Positions 63,765 through 64,000 of a DNA stretch of 64,000 nucleotides are shown here, in pieces. Made by a program: the position numbers and the translations under genes. Numbering within the stretch: the first letter of the stretch is position 1; every line of letters begins with the position of its first letter. The notes below the pieces were generated by a model. That model ran no database searches. It had not been told where the DNA came from and saw only the letters and a list, made by a program, of their open reading frames with translations. Source of the DNA: Tannerellaceae bacterium (GTDB lineage: Bacteria; Bacteroidota; Bacteroidia; Bacteroidales; CAMTPD01); the NCBI GenBank assembly GCA_051660585.1, contig JBOFPV010000052.1, positions 80,331 to 144,330 on the forward strand, written 5' to 3'.

Positions 63765-64000
63765 ATGAGCTTTCTCGAAGACAAGAGTATTTTAAAACAT
63801 ATAGATTCGCCATCAGACTTACGAAACTTAAAAGTGGAGCAATTGGAACAAGTATGTTCTGAGCTAAGACAATATATTCTGGATGTTCTGGCCGAAAATC
63901 CCGGGCATTTAGGATCAAGTCTGGGTACCGTTGAACTTACGGTTGCTTTACATTACGTATTTAATACTCCTGATGATCGAATTGTGTGGGACGTGGGGCA
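63765..64000 (+). CDS. dxs: 1-deoxy-D-xylulose-5-phosphate synthase, N-terminal fragment (runs off window)
   Basis: Hand translation gives [79 protein letters not shown]. The [14 protein letters not shown] signature is present. It is absent from the ORF track because there is no stop in the window. Confidence 0.9.
   Translation, partial: MSFLEDKSILKHIDSPSDLRNLKVEQLEQVCSELRQYILDVLAENPGHLGSSLGTVELTVALHYVFNTPDDRIVWDVG

Overview
The window is a 64-kb chromosomal segment that looks like Bacteroidota (Bacteroidales-like). Supporting this call are the gene content, the repeated TAnnTTTG -7 promoter boxes, the MurF-Alr and GH3/beta-lactamase fusion genes, a DUF4248 gene and a GSCFA gene. All analysis was done by eye; GC and base-skew figures are hand counts on sampled 60-nt lines, not computed statistics.

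Layout:
- 1-14.5 kb: housekeeping genes (tig', clpP, clpX, recQ, guaB, a SurA-like/OstA-like envelope cluster, mutL, an NlpC/P60 peptidase, an AraC regulator).
- 14.5-15.8 kb: an unusual ORF-free stretch of about 1.3 kb that is T/G-skewed on the + strand.
- 15.9-33.9 kb: an uninterrupted str-S10-spc-alpha ribosomal super-operon (rpsL to rplQ, no tuf). It includes rpmD and rpmJ, which fall below the ORF-track length cutoff.
- 34-64 kb: eno, an orphan oadB, rplS, a GH3-NagZ/beta-lactamase fusion, a CobD-like aminotransferase, a TPR-TM-HTH regulator, plsC, a frameshifted TlpA-like pseudogene, a lone DUF4248 gene, an EcoRII-type restriction-modification pair (Dcm-like methyltransferase plus EcoRII-like endonuclease), ddh, lgt, fprA, nagB, a TonB-dependent receptor, an SMP-30 protein, tsaC, fabI, murF-alr, a GSCFA gene and the 5' end of dxs.

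I found no tRNA, rRNA, CRISPR array, transposase or integrase, and no convincing multi-gene system of unknown type. The only defence module belongs to a well-known family.

The most unusual signals are non-coding or compositional:
1. A tandem 88-nt double-hairpin repeat with compensatory stem changes (37.04-37.21 kb).
2. Inverted GGGTCA/TGACCC iteron arrays around an AT-rich core (48.06-48.26 kb).
3. An 18-bp perfect palindrome and an 11-bp direct repeat that frame the R-M cassette.
4. The ORF-free skewed region upstream of rpsL.
5. An abrupt GC and codon-usage break inside eno at about 34.5 kb. It splits the window into a ~35-40% GC half and a ~45-55% GC half, which suggests either a chimeric assembly or a recombination junction.
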